Below are positions 1-9,908 of a stretch of DNA of 64,000 nucleotides, piece after piece; the first letter of the stretch is position 1, and every line of letters begins with the position of its first letter. The notes below the pieces were generated by a model. The model had not been told where the DNA came from. It ran no database searches and worked only from the letters and a program-made list of their open reading frames with translations. The stretch is from Candidatus Eiseniibacteriota bacterium (lineage in GTDB: Bacteria > Eisenbacteria > RBG-16-71-46): positions 1,216,001 to 1,280,000 of the forward strand of contig OY970342.1 of NCBI GenBank assembly GCA_963717505.1, given 5' to 3'. A program made the translations under genes and the position numbers.

Positions 1-81
1 GAACAGCCCGAGCACGCCCACCACCCTCCAGGCGCGATGTGCGCTATGCCGGACGAGCCCGGGATGCGGCCGGTTCTTCAT
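1..81 (-). CDS. 5' end of a gene running off the window (possible signal peptide)
   Basis: GGAGG RBS, then ATG at 81; MKNRPHPGLVRHSAHRAWRVVGVLGLF is open to the window edge. Confidence 0.55.
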   Translation of the reverse strand, partial: MKNRPHPGLVRHSAHRAWRVVGVLGLF

Positions 82-97
82 GGTTCCTCCGAAAAGT

Positions 98-481
98 TCA
101 GTCCAGGACGGCATCGACTTCGATCTCGACCCGCCAGCGCGGATCGAGCAGACGCGACACGACCACCATGGTCGAGGCCGGCCGGATGTCGCGAAACACT
201 TCGCCGTGCGCTCGACCGATCGCCTCCCAGTCATGCGCGTAGACCAGGAACATGCGGGTTCGCACGACGTGTTCGAGCCCGGCCCCGGCTTCGCGCAGCG
301 CGGCCGCGATGATCTCGAAGCAGCGCCGGGCCTGCTGCTCCGGATCGGCGGGGCACGAACCGTCCGGCCACACCGGCGCGGTTCCGGCGACGAACACCCG
401 ATCGCCGGCCCGCACCGCGCGGCTGAAGCCGATCGTCGGCTCGTAGGGAGATCCCGAAGAGACGCGTCGGCGTGCGGTCAT
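98..481 (-). CDS. RidA/YjgF family protein
   Basis: SSGSPYEPTIGFSRAVRAG..VRTRMF..RPASTMV..VEIEVDA; ATGA overlap with the upstream stop. Confidence 0.9.
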   Translation of the reverse strand: MTARRRVSSGSPYEPTIGFSRAVRAGDRVFVAGTAPVWPDGSCPADPEQQARRCFEIIAAALREAGAGLEHVVRTRMFLVYAHDWEAIGRAHGEVFRDIRPASTMVVVSRLLDPRWRVEIEVDAVLD

Positions 482-1398
482 CCGTTCGAGTCCGAGGGAC
501 CTTCGTCGTGTGGGCCAGGGTCCGCGGATCCGTTGGCGGCATCGGGTCCGCCGCCCTTCTTGCGCTTGCCGCAGTGGCAATCCCCGCACTTGTGATAGGG
601 GCCGGGGGGCAGATCGGCGTAGGCAATGCGATGTTCCTGGCCCTCGTCGTCGCGCACCCAGACCGCCTCGCGGTAGGTCTCGGTGCGGGTGACCTGCACC
701 TCGCCCTGGCCGGTGCGGATCTTGGTTCCCAGGGCCGGCAGCCGCGCGGCGCTGTCCCGATAATGGGCCAGCTCGTACGCCAGACAGCACATCAGTCGCC
801 CGCAGGCGCCGGAGATCTTGGTCGGGTTTAGCGCCAGCTGTTGCTCGCGCGCCATCTTGAGCGTGACCGGATGGAATTCCTTGAGCCAGGTCGAGCAGCA
901 GAAAGCGCGGCCGCACGGGCCGCAGCCGTCGAGCCGCTTGGCCTGGTCCCGGATGCCGATCTGCCGGAGTTCGATCCGGGTGCGGAACTTCGCGGCCAGG
1001 TCCTTGACCAGCTCGCGAAAGTCGACCCGATGCTCGGCCGAGAAATAGAACGTGATGCGATTGCGGTTGAACGCGACTTCGGTCTCGGACAGATCCATAG
1101 GCAGTTCCCGCAGCTCGATGCGCTCGCGGCAGTAGGCGAACGATTCCTCTTCCAGCTCGCGATTGTGGTCCTCCTGGTCGAGATCCTCCTCGGTGGCCTT
1201 GCGGATGATCTCGTGGCTGACGTTCCCCGGGCGCTTGAGCTCGACCAGCGTGCCTTTCAGGTGAATGCGACCGAAGGCCTCACCCAGCTCGCTCTGGACG
1301 ATGACCGGATCGCGCAACGCGAGCCACAGGTTGCGGGAGTTGAGGAAGAACTCGCGGCGCGTGCCGCGCAAGGCGACCTGCATGATCTCGGACATCAC
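478..1398 (-). CDS. ricT: PSP1-domain Fe-S protein, RicT/YaaT family
   Basis: RVDFRELVKDLA..RIELRQIG, CGPCGRAFCC, KISGACGRLMCCLAYE; lies downstream of holB. Confidence 0.9.
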   Translation of the reverse strand: MMSEIMQVALRGTRREFFLNSRNLWLALRDPVIVQSELGEAFGRIHLKGTLVELKRPGNVSHEIIRKATEEDLDQEDHNRELEEESFAYCRERIELRELPMDLSETEVAFNRNRITFYFSAEHRVDFRELVKDLAAKFRTRIELRQIGIRDQAKRLDGCGPCGRAFCCSTWLKEFHPVTLKMAREQQLALNPTKISGACGRLMCCLAYELAHYRDSAARLPALGTKIRTGQGEVQVTRTETYREAVWVRDDEGQEHRIAYADLPPGPYHKCGDCHCGKRKKGGGPDAANGSADPGPHDEGPSDSNG

Positions 1399-1619
1399 GC
1401 ACCTCTATCGGGCGGCGGGACCGCCCAGACGCCGGGCAAGAGCCGGCGATTCCTCCGGAAGTCTATGAAGAGCCCGGAACCTGCCGGGCGACCGCCCGAG
1501 CATACTCCAGCGCCGGGGCGGGTTCATCACGGCCGGGCAGGTGGTCGGCCGAACCGCGCGCGAGGGCGGCCGGTCCAAGCTCGTGGCCCCGCCGGGTCGC
1601 GAGCGACCCGGTGGCGCGA

Positions 1620-2057
1620 CTACGCGGCGCGGGCTCCGTTCTCGGAAACGTCGTCGAGGTGGAGGACATAGAGGACGCTGCCGTCGTCGGGATCCGAGTA
1701 CCGGAGGATGAACTCCTCGACCTCGAGGTGAGACCGGCGAAAGTAGCGGTCGTCGGATTCGCCGACGCCGCGGTCGATGTGCTGGGTCGCCGACGTGACC
1801 TCGGGCGAGTTGAACTGCACCTGGACGACGTCGCAGCGCCGGATCGGGACTTGTCGGTGACTCAGCGCCGCGAGTGCCAGGAACACCGTGGTCCGATCGA
1901 TTCCGAGCTCATCGCTGTCCTGGATCCGGCGGCCGCGGCGGTCGAGAATCTCCTGGTAGTCGAGCGGGCGAAGACGGCTGGCCGCGGGACTGTCACTCCC
2001 GAAACGCTGGATGACCAGGTCGTCCCGACTCCGGCCGGGAGGTGGCTTCGCCGTCAT
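1620..2057 (-). CDS. hypothetical protein (145 aa)
   Basis: GAGG RBS plus ATG, protein-like composition, co-oriented with neighbours. Confidence 0.65.
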   Translation of the reverse strand: MTAKPPPGRSRDDLVIQRFGSDSPAASRLRPLDYQEILDRRGRRIQDSDELGIDRTTVFLALAALSHRQVPIRRCDVVQVQFNSPEVTSATQHIDRGVGESDDRYFRRSHLEVEEFILRYSDPDDGSVLYVLHLDDVSENGARAA

Positions 2058-2159
2058 GGGTCCTCGAGGCTGCTCGAGCGCCGGAACACAGCAAGAAGGG
2101 GCCCGGGCGGGCCCCGCTCTCCGGTTTTCGGCCAGTCGACCCTGCCGGTAGAGGTCGAA

Positions 2160-3350
2160 TCAGTAGCGCCAGCGGCCGGCGGCGTGCGCCGGCCATTCGC
2201 TCGTTTCGAACCCGGGATCGGCGGCGCGGCGCATGGCCGAGAACAACGCCAGGTCCGGGGTGACATTGCCCTCGATCGACCGCAACGCCTCCTCCAGCAC
2301 CAGCAGTCGGCGCCGGATCTCGGAGGCCGAGATCGTCCCGGCCAGGCGCCGCAGCTCGGGCTCCCGGTCGCGATTCACCAGGGCCTCGCGCGGCATGCCG
2401 GCACTCGCGCGCAGCAGGTCGCGCAGCCACAACTCCTGGAACTCGACCAACCGGCGCAGGGTCTCGCGCCCGGCGCGGCCGAAGCGATTCACCGACTGGA
2501 TCGCCTTGAGCAACGAGGCGCCGTCGCCGCGACGCGCGGCCTCGAGCAACGCCAGTGACTGATTGCGCGCCTCGAGCGGCTCGGTGTCACGCAGTGTGAT
2601 CGCGCGCCCGAGCGAGCCTCCGGAGAGTGCGGCGAGCATTCGCGATTCGGCCGGGGAAGCGCCGAGGGCTTCCTGCAGCGTGCCGGCCACCAGCGATTCC
2701 GGCAGCGGCGCGAATCGCACGCGCTGGCAACGCGAGCGGACGGTGGCCGGCAGCCGCGCCGGCCGTGCGGTGGTCAGCACCCAGACCGTGGACGCGCCCG
2801 GTTCTTCGATGGACTTGAGCATCGCCGAGCACTGGTCCTCGCGCATCCGGTCGGCGTCGCGCACTACCACCACGCGGCGCGAGGACTCGAAGGGCTTGTA
2901 GGCCAGCTCACGCAGCAGCTCGCGGGTGAGGGACAGGCGGATCGACGCGGCTTTCTCGTAGTTGAATACGAACCACGGGTCGGATCGCCAGGCCTCGAGC
3001 GTTTCCGAGATGGCGGTATCGAGTTGCTTCTCCTCGCCCGATACCGGGAACAGGAACTTGAGGTCGGGATGCTGGAGGCGGGCGGCGCGTTGGCAGGAAG
3101 CGCATCGGCCGCACGCGTCGGTCGCCGGGCGCGGCGCTTCCAGTTCGCCGAACAGACCGGGGGCGTCGCTCGTCCCGGGACTCGCGCACAGAATCGCGCG
3201 GGCGAAGGCGAGGGCTGCCGTGCCCTTGCCGACGCCGGATGGACCGTGGAAGAGATAGGCGTTGGCCAGACGGCCGGCGGCCAGCGTTCGGCGCAGGAAC
3301 TCCACCGGTTCCGCTTGTCCGAGGATGCGATCCAGCTCGGGAACCGGCAA
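2160..3350 (-). CDS. holB: DNA polymerase III delta' subunit
   Basis: AYLFHGPSGVGKG, CGRCASC zinc motif, HPDL, LKSIEEP, TVRSRCQ; TTG start after AGGAG. Confidence 0.9.
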   Translation of the reverse strand: MPVPELDRILGQAEPVEFLRRTLAAGRLANAYLFHGPSGVGKGTAALAFARAILCASPGTSDAPGLFGELEAPRPATDACGRCASCQRAARLQHPDLKFLFPVSGEEKQLDTAISETLEAWRSDPWFVFNYEKAASIRLSLTRELLRELAYKPFESSRRVVVVRDADRMREDQCSAMLKSIEEPGASTVWVLTTARPARLPATVRSRCQRVRFAPLPESLVAGTLQEALGASPAESRMLAALSGGSLGRAITLRDTEPLEARNQSLALLEAARRGDGASLLKAIQSVNRFGRAGRETLRRLVEFQELWLRDLLRASAGMPREALVNRDREPELRRLAGTISASEIRRRLLVLEEALRSIEGNVTPDLALFSAMRRAADPGFETSEWPAHAAGRWRY

Positions 3351-3379
3351 AGGAACTCTCCTGTCGGTGGGGGCTGCGG

Positions 3380-4576
3380 TTACTGCAGCCACTCCTGGGG
3401 ATTCAGCGACTGGCCGCCGCGGCGCACTTCGAAGTGGAGCGCAGGGCCCTTGAGCGAGCCGGTCTCGCCGCTCTCGGCGATGACTTGTCCACCCTGGACT
3501 TCCTGGCCGACCAAGACGCCGACTCCGGAAAGATGACCGTACAAGGTGTAATAGCTGTCCCCGTGATTCAAGATCAACATGACGCCATAGGTGCCGAAGT
3601 CCTCGCTCACGTACTCGACCCGGCCGTTGGCTACCGCCCGTACCGGCGTACCGATCGGGGTCGCGATGTCGATCCCGTTGTTCATGGTCACCGTGCCCCA
3701 CTTGGGATGGGTCTCGGGACCGAAGCGGCCGATCACCCGGCCGTCGACCGGCCAGTTCAGGCGCCCCTGGCCCCGCGAGAAATCCCCGGCGTAGGGCGGC
3801 CGGAACGACTTGGTGGCGCTCTTCTGTTTCTGTTCCAGGTCGGCGAGCAGGCGCTGGATCGCGCGCGCCGTCTTCTCGAGCTCGAGTGCCGCGGCTTCGA
3901 ATGCCTCGCGTTGCGTCTGGATCTTCTGCACCGACTCGGCGCGCTCCTGGCGCAGCGAAGTCAGGCGCCGGCTCTCCTGGTCGGTGCGCTGGGCATTGCG
4001 CTGGACGTCGGTCAGATTGCGCGACAGGCGGCTCTCGCTGGCTTCGACCATGTTCTTCTCGGCCTCGATGTTCTCGAGCAGGACGCGATCCTGCTCCGCG
4101 ACCATGACCAGGAAGTCCCAGCGCGACAGCAACTGGGCGAAGGACTGAGTCGACAGCAGGAACTCGAGCTCGCGTCCGTTGCCATAGATGTAGACACTGC
4201 GCAAGCGGCGAGCGAGTTTGGCGCGCTGGCCGCCGAGCGAAGCGACACTGCGGTCGAGGTCCGCGCGTGTCGCCGCCAGCTCGCGGTCGAGGCGCGTGCG
4301 CTGGCCCTGGAGCGCGCGCAGGCGCTTGCGAGACGTACCCAGGTCGCGCTCGGTGCGCTTGAGCTGACCGACCGCCTTGACCTCCTGGCCCTTGAGGCGT
4401 CGCGCCGCCTCGCGCTTCTCTCTCGCTTCGTTCTGGATGCGCTCGAGCTCGGCGCGCTTGGCGGCGGCGTTGAGGCTGTCCTGCGCCCCCACGTTCGGCG
4501 CGAGCAGGGCGGAGGCGAGCGCCAGCCCCAGGAGCGCGACGCGGTAGCGACGCGTTCGACCCGACCGCGGAATCAC
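3380..4576 (-). CDS. envC: EnvC-like murein hydrolase activator (coiled coil + M23 domain)
   Basis: Signal peptide, long coiled coil, WPVDG..NGIDI..YYTLYGHL..LHFEVR; follows ftsEX. Confidence 0.85.
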   Translation of the reverse strand: MIPRSGRTRRYRVALLGLALASALLAPNVGAQDSLNAAAKRAELERIQNEAREKREAARRLKGQEVKAVGQLKRTERDLGTSRKRLRALQGQRTRLDRELAATRADLDRSVASLGGQRAKLARRLRSVYIYGNGRELEFLLSTQSFAQLLSRWDFLVMVAEQDRVLLENIEAEKNMVEASESRLSRNLTDVQRNAQRTDQESRRLTSLRQERAESVQKIQTQREAFEAAALELEKTARAIQRLLADLEQKQKSATKSFRPPYAGDFSRGQGRLNWPVDGRVIGRFGPETHPKWGTVTMNNGIDIATPIGTPVRAVANGRVEYVSEDFGTYGVMLILNHGDSYYTLYGHLSGVGVLVGQEVQGGQVIAESGETGSLKGPALHFEVRRGGQSLNPQEWLQ

Positions 4577-5430
4577 GGTCCGACCGAACGCAGGACCCGG
4601 CCGAACGCGAGCACCGCCGACAGCCATCCGAGCACGACCACGGTACCGACGAACGCCAGTCCCCAGGTCCACGGCAGGAACGCGACGTTGCCGATCTGTG
4701 ATTCGAGCGCAGTCGCGAACGCGTACACCAGCCCGAGCGCCATGGTCGATGCGACCAGCGCCACGAACAGCGCTTCGAAGATGAACGGCGTCGCGATGAA
4801 CGCGTCGGTGGCGCCGAGCCGGCTCATGATCTCGACCTGCGGGCGGCGGGCGAGCACGGTCAGTCGATTGGTGTTGTACAGGACGAACAGCACCGCGAAC
4901 GCGACCAGGATGCCGACCACGATCGAGGCGCGCACCAGACCGGCTTGGATCTCGTCGAGACGACGCACCCATTCTCCGCCGTAGCGTACCGCCTCGACTT
5001 CGGGGAACTCCTCGACCTGCTCCGCGGCGCGCTCCATGGCTGAATGGTGCAACAGCTCCGGCCGCAGCTTGACCCGGAACGAGGCGGGCAGCGGGTTGCC
5101 GCCGACCGCGTCGAGCAACGAACGGTCGCCGATCTGCTGGGCGAATTCGTCCCAGGCGTCGTCGCGCGACACGTAAGTCACGCTGCCGTAGAGCTGTTGC
5201 AAGCGTCCCATCAGCACGTCGCGCTGCGCGGGGGTGACGCCGTCGTTCAGGTAGACCACCATCTCGCGGCGATCGCCGAGCAGGCCGATCGCGATCCGGC
5301 TGTTGTGCGCGGCCAACAGGAAGATGCCCGACAGGGTGAGTGCAGCCGCCAGCGAGAAGACCGCGGTCGAGACCAGGCCCCGGTGGTGGCGGATCGAGCG
5401 CCACGCCTCGGTGAAGAAGAAGAGGTGCAC
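4573..5430 (-). CDS. ftsX: cell division permease FtsX
   Basis: NPLPASF, EIMSRLGAT..PFIFE, four TM helices; GTG start. Confidence 0.9.
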   Translation of the reverse strand: MHLFFFTEAWRSIRHHRGLVSTAVFSLAAALTLSGIFLLAAHNSRIAIGLLGDRREMVVYLNDGVTPAQRDVLMGRLQQLYGSVTYVSRDDAWDEFAQQIGDRSLLDAVGGNPLPASFRVKLRPELLHHSAMERAAEQVEEFPEVEAVRYGGEWVRRLDEIQAGLVRASIVVGILVAFAVLFVLYNTNRLTVLARRPQVEIMSRLGATDAFIATPFIFEALFVALVASTMALGLVYAFATALESQIGNVAFLPWTWGLAFVGTVVVLGWLSAVLAFGRVLRSVGP

Positions 5431-5432
5431 GG

Positions 5433-6134
5433 TCAGGGCCTCCCGCCGGCGACCGCCTGGAGCGGCGGCATGCGGGTGTCCCCGCCGGTGATCCGCCCAT
5501 CCTCGAGCGTGAGCACCCGCCCGCCCACGGCGTGGGCGACGTCGGGGTTCGTGGTCACCAGCAGGATGGCCGCGCCTTCCTGGTGGATCCGGCGCAGCAG
5601 GGCGAGCACGTCGTCGGCGCTCCGCTTCTCCAGGGCGCCGGTCGGCTCGTCGGCGAGCAGCACCGCCGGACGATTCACGATCGCGCGCGCGATCGCCGCC
5701 CGCTGCTTCTCGCCGGCCGACAGCTCGCTCGGGAACGCCCACTGATGGTGCAGGAGCCCGACCTCGCCCAGGGCGTGCACGACGCGCGGCACGACATCCT
5801 CGGCCGAAAAAAGACCCAGGATCCGCACCGCCAGCGCGACGTTCTCGAACACCGTGCGGTCGTGGAGGAGGCGGAAGTCCTCGTACACGATGCCGATCGT
5901 CCGGCGCAGGAGCGCACGCTGCGGGCGCGTCAGGTTGCCGCTGCGGAAGGTGCCGACCGTGACGGTGCCCGACGTCGGCCTCGTCTCATGGGTGATCAGG
6001 CGAAGGAGCGAGGTCTTGCCGGCGGCACTGTGGCCGTGAAAGACCACGCACTCGCCCTCGTCCATGTGCCATGTCACCGAGTCGAGCGCCAGGCGCTCTC
6101 CGTAGCGCTTGGAGACCTGCTCGAAGGTGATCAT
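5433..6134 (-). CDS. ftsE: cell division ATP-binding protein FtsE
   Basis: GHSAAGKT, DFRLL, LSAGEKQR, LLADEPTG; directly upstream of ftsX. Confidence 0.9.
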   Translation of the reverse strand: MITFEQVSKRYGERLALDSVTWHMDEGECVVFHGHSAAGKTSLLRLITHETRPTSGTVTVGTFRSGNLTRPQRALLRRTIGIVYEDFRLLHDRTVFENVALAVRILGLFSAEDVVPRVVHALGEVGLLHHQWAFPSELSAGEKQRAAIARAIVNRPAVLLADEPTGALEKRSADDVLALLRRIHQEGAAILLVTTNPDVAHAVGGRVLTLEDGRITGGDTRMPPLQAVAGGRP

Positions 6135-6174
6135 CCGCTTCCACCCTATCAGAGGCCGAACGGTGCCTCAACGC

Positions 6175-7512
6175 CTACGACGTGCGGACCTCGATATGGG
6201 CCTTGCTGCGGAGTCCTTTCATCCAGTCGTCGTAGCGTTGCTTCTGCTTGATCTGCGCGACGGCCTCGGGCAGCTCCTTCTTGATCTCGGCCAGCTCGTA
6301 TTCACGCTCGGGCTTGCGATCGGTGAGCTTGAAGATGTTGAAGCCCGCTTGATTGGTCAGCACGTCGCTGACCCCGCCAATCGGCAGCTTGTCGAGCCCC
6401 GCCCGGATGTTCGGCTGGAGCGTGGCCATCGAGATGAACCCGAGGTCGCCATCGGCGCTCGCCGGGCCCTCGTACTTGCTGTATCGACGCGCGAGCGCCC
6501 CGAAATCAGCGCCTTTCTTGGCCTCGGCGTGCACCCGATCGGCGATCTTGCTCGCGCGCTCGGCGTCGGCGTCGGTCAGCGGCACCTGGATCAGGATGTG
6601 GCGGACGTGCGCCTCGATCACCGGGTTGCCCCGCGCATCCAGGGTGTCCTTGCCGGCGCGAGACTTCACCGTGTCCCGCTCGATCACCTCGAGGACGTGC
6701 CATCCGACCGACGAGCGCAGCGGGCCGCTCAGTTCGCCCGCCTTGAGCGAGAAGGCCGCATCGTCCAGCTCGCGATCGAGCAGTCCGCGGCGGAGGAACC
6801 CGAGGTCGCCGCCGTTCTTGGCGGTGGCCGGATCCTGGGACACCTCGCTCGCGACCTTGGCGAACTTCTCACCGGCGACCAGCCGCTTGCGCACCGCGGT
6901 CACGTCGCGGCGGGCCTTGGCATCGATCGCGGAATCGGCGGTCACCGGAATCTGGACGACCGACAGCCGGAGTTCGGCCGGCATCTTGGGAAACTCGGAG
7001 CGGTGGGCGGTGAAGTAGGCTTCGGCCTCGGCTTGCGGCACCGTCTGTTTTGGGAAGGTGCGCTGCATGAGCTTGCTGGCCACCAGCTGCCTGCGGATCT
7101 CCTCGCGATACTTCTCGCGCAGCTTCTCCTCGGTCGTATTCTCGCGCCGGAGCTGTTCCTGGAACTCCTGCTCGCCGCCGAAACGGTCGCGCACGTCTTT
7201 CATCGCCCCTTCCAGCTCGCGAGCGACCTCGGCGTCGGTGGCGCTCAGGCCCTGGCGCTTGGCTTCGTTGACGATGAGTTTTTCGTCGATCAGCTGGTTC
7301 AGGATCTCGCGCCGCAGCGTGTCGACCGTGGTCGAGTCCGGGCGGCTCTGGGAGCGCATCAGCAGCAGCGCGAGCTGCTCCTCGACGTCGCTTTGCAGAA
7401 TGACGTCGTCGTTGACCACCGCGGCGACGCCATCGGCGCGTTGCGCGGCCGCGGGCAGGCTGCCGAGCAGGAGGAGCAGGAGCGGAAGCAACCGAAACAA
7501 GCCTCGAGACAA
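6175..7512 (-). CDS. surA: SurA-like periplasmic chaperone/PPIase with two parvulin domains
   Basis: DGVAAVVNDDVIL N-domain, GGDLGF and HVRHILI rotamase motifs; TTG start after GGAGG. Confidence 0.85.
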   Translation of the reverse strand: MSRGLFRLLPLLLLLLGSLPAAAQRADGVAAVVNDDVILQSDVEEQLALLLMRSQSRPDSTTVDTLRREILNQLIDEKLIVNEAKRQGLSATDAEVARELEGAMKDVRDRFGGEQEFQEQLRRENTTEEKLREKYREEIRRQLVASKLMQRTFPKQTVPQAEAEAYFTAHRSEFPKMPAELRLSVVQIPVTADSAIDAKARRDVTAVRKRLVAGEKFAKVASEVSQDPATAKNGGDLGFLRRGLLDRELDDAAFSLKAGELSGPLRSSVGWHVLEVIERDTVKSRAGKDTLDARGNPVIEAHVRHILIQVPLTDADAERASKIADRVHAEAKKGADFGALARRYSKYEGPASADGDLGFISMATLQPNIRAGLDKLPIGGVSDVLTNQAGFNIFKLTDRKPEREYELAEIKKELPEAVAQIKQKQRYDDWMKGLRSKAHIEVRTS

Positions 7513-7754
7513 CGTCGAACCTCCGTCAGAGTGTCGCAGCGACCGGCCGGCACGGTTGACAGGGCCGTGACGGGGATCGCTGATGGGCGAGCGGCCGAGC
7601 AGTATAGCCATTACGACCGGGGGACCCAATGATTCCCCCGGGGCCTTCGATCCTGGCCCGTGGCGCTGGTCCGGCCCAACCGCCGCGCTCGTCATGGAAT
7701 AGCGAACCGAAACCACCTCGGGCAGGATATTAGGAGTCGAGGACCCCCACTCCG

Positions 7755-9908
7755 ATGCATCCTTCGTTTACGGGACGACGCCTGCTGGCAATCCTGGCCG
7801 TGCTGCTGGCGGTCGGCCTCGGCGTACCCCGGTTCCTGACCCACAATCCCTACCAGCGGCTCGGGGTCAACCTCCAGTGGCGCGGTCAGGACTTCCCTCG
7901 CATCGAGCGGCTGATCGGCCCTCCGGCCTCGGCACTGCTGCAGCGGGACGACGAGATCCGTGGCATCGACGGCAGGATGTTCTCCTCATCCGACGAAATG
8001 GAGGAGTACTTGAAGAAGGCGGGGTGGCCGACCGGGCCGTTCACCCTGACGATTGGCCGAAACGGACGCGTGTTCAACATCGTCTATCCGCCGCTCCGAC
8101 TCGGCGCCTGGCAGCGGCTGCGACTGTTCATCTTCCCGGTCTCGGCGATGGTCGCGGCACCTCTGGTTGCATTCCTGTTGGTGTGGCGGCGCCCCGACCT
8201 GCGTGCCGCCTGGGTGTTCCTGTGGTTCGCGGCGTTGCAAGCGATCGGCGTCATCTGGAGCATCTACAAGGTTCCGGTGGTCGAGCCCGGGCCGACTCTG
8301 CGGCTCTATCTCGACGTCTTTCGCGGACTCCTGCTCTGGTTTCCGGTCAGCTTCCTGCACTTCATGACCGTGTTTCCGCGGCCGCGCTGGGAGTCGAGCC
8401 GCCGCACCGAGTCACCCTGGTTCTGGCTGGTGGTCGTCGCGTATTTGGCGCCATTCGCACTGCTGCTCACCGGCCGCGGGCTGACCTACGAACCGGGCGG
8501 GCCGGTGGTCTGGTTCGCTGCCGTCACGCTCGGACTCGGGATCGTTTCGCTGATCGCGCGCTACGCGTGGCCCGGCGACTGGCGGCCGTCGGCCATGGAT
8601 CGAGTGCTCGGCATCTTGGTCGCCATCGTCCTGACCTTGGCGACGCTGCTCGAGGTGTTTCCCGAAGAGAGCATTGGGGCTTGGTTCCCGGTGCCGCTGG
8701 TGCGCATCGCCCTCACCGTGCATAGCATCGCCTGGCTCCTGTCGCCGTTCCTGATCGCCTGGCTGCTGGCCAACGATCCCGCCTTCGATCCGCGGCGGCT
8801 GCTGGCTCGAACGCTGCCGTACGCGATTCTCACCGGCGTGCTGGCCGCGCTCTATCTCGGCACCGTTCTGGTCGGCGAGCGGATGTTCGCGGCGATCACC
8901 GGCGAACAGGCCATGGCGTTCAACGTCGTGGCCGCGTTGGTCGTGGCGTTCGCCTTCGCGCCGCTGCGCGAGCGCCTGCAACGCTGGCTCGACCGGCTGT
9001 TCGGACGCGACCCCCACGCGCTGCGACGGGCACTCGACCAGTCCGGGCGCGAGCTGCTGGGTGCTCTGTCGCGCGAGCAGGTGATCGCCTCGGTCGAGGC
9101 CGGACTGGAACGCGGCCTCAAGCGCCCGGTGGCGATCGAATGGCCCGAGCGCGGAATGCCCCGGGTCGCCCCCGGCGAGGAATTGCCGATGGACGCCCTG
9201 GACGGCATCGAGAACTTGCTGGCTCAGGCCGGCATCCGACTCGAGAACCTGGCGCTCCAGGAGGAACAGGCGCAACACGAGCGCCGCGAGGTCGAGCTTC
9301 GGGAAGCCGCGACGCGCGCGGAGCTGCGCGCCCTGCAGGCGCAAGTCCAGCCCCACTTCCTGTTCAACGCGCTGAACGCGCTCGCCTATCTGATCGAGAC
9401 CGACTCGGCGGCCGCGCAGCGCTTCACCGAACGATTGGCCGACATGTTGCGCTACGCCGTCGAGGCCGGCAGCCGGCCGGCGGCGCTGCTCTCGGACGAG
9501 ATCGATTTCGTCGAGGACTATCTGGGTGTGGCGCGGGAGCGCTACGAAAACCCGCTGACCTTCGAGTACCATGGCGCCCGGGAATTGCTGTCGCTGACCG
9601 TGCCGCCGCTGCTCCTGCAACCGCTGGTCGAGAACAGCCTCAAGCACGGCTGCAGTCCCGATCGGCGCCCGCTCCACCTGGTGCTCGAGGCGCGCCGCAC
9701 GGCCGATTGGGTCGACCTGGTGTTCACCGACGACGGCACGCTGAACGGCAACGGTTCGGTGCGCGGGCTCGGCGTCGGACTCGAGAATCTGGAGCAGCGG
9801 CTGCGACGATTCGGCGGTCTGGATGCCAGCGTGACCGCCGCGCCCCGCACGCCGGGAGGTTTCGAAGTGCACATGCGCTGGCGGTCACCCGAAGAGGTCG
9901 CGGCATGA
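7755..9908 (+). CDS. LytS-family membrane histidine kinase with N-terminal PDZ-like domain
   Basis: LQAQVQPHFLFNALN, PPLLLQPLVENSLKHG, GVGLENL; many TM helices. Confidence 0.85.
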   Translation: MHPSFTGRRLLAILAVLLAVGLGVPRFLTHNPYQRLGVNLQWRGQDFPRIERLIGPPASALLQRDDEIRGIDGRMFSSSDEMEEYLKKAGWPTGPFTLTIGRNGRVFNIVYPPLRLGAWQRLRLFIFPVSAMVAAPLVAFLLVWRRPDLRAAWVFLWFAALQAIGVIWSIYKVPVVEPGPTLRLYLDVFRGLLLWFPVSFLHFMTVFPRPRWESSRRTESPWFWLVVVAYLAPFALLLTGRGLTYEPGGPVVWFAAVTLGLGIVSLIARYAWPGDWRPSAMDRVLGILVAIVLTLATLLEVFPEESIGAWFPVPLVRIALTVHSIAWLLSPFLIAWLLANDPAFDPRRLLARTLPYAILTGVLAALYLGTVLVGERMFAAITGEQAMAFNVVAALVVAFAFAPLRERLQRWLDRLFGRDPHALRRALDQSGRELLGALSREQVIASVEAGLERGLKRPVAIEWPERGMPRVAPGEELPMDALDGIENLLAQAGIRLENLALQEEQAQHERREVELREAATRAELRALQAQVQPHFLFNALNALAYLIETDSAAAQRFTERLADMLRYAVEAGSRPAALLSDEIDFVEDYLGVARERYENPLTFEYHGARELLSLTVPPLLLQPLVENSLKHGCSPDRRPLHLVLEARRTADWVDLVFTDDGTLNGNGSVRGLGVGLENLEQRLRRFGGLDASVTAAPRTPGGFEVHMRWRSPEEVAA

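Noticed and set aside
1440-1490. SRP RNA-like CAGG..CCGGAGGAA on the minus strand
   Set aside because: Spacing and the conserved GGAA-loop helix do not match.
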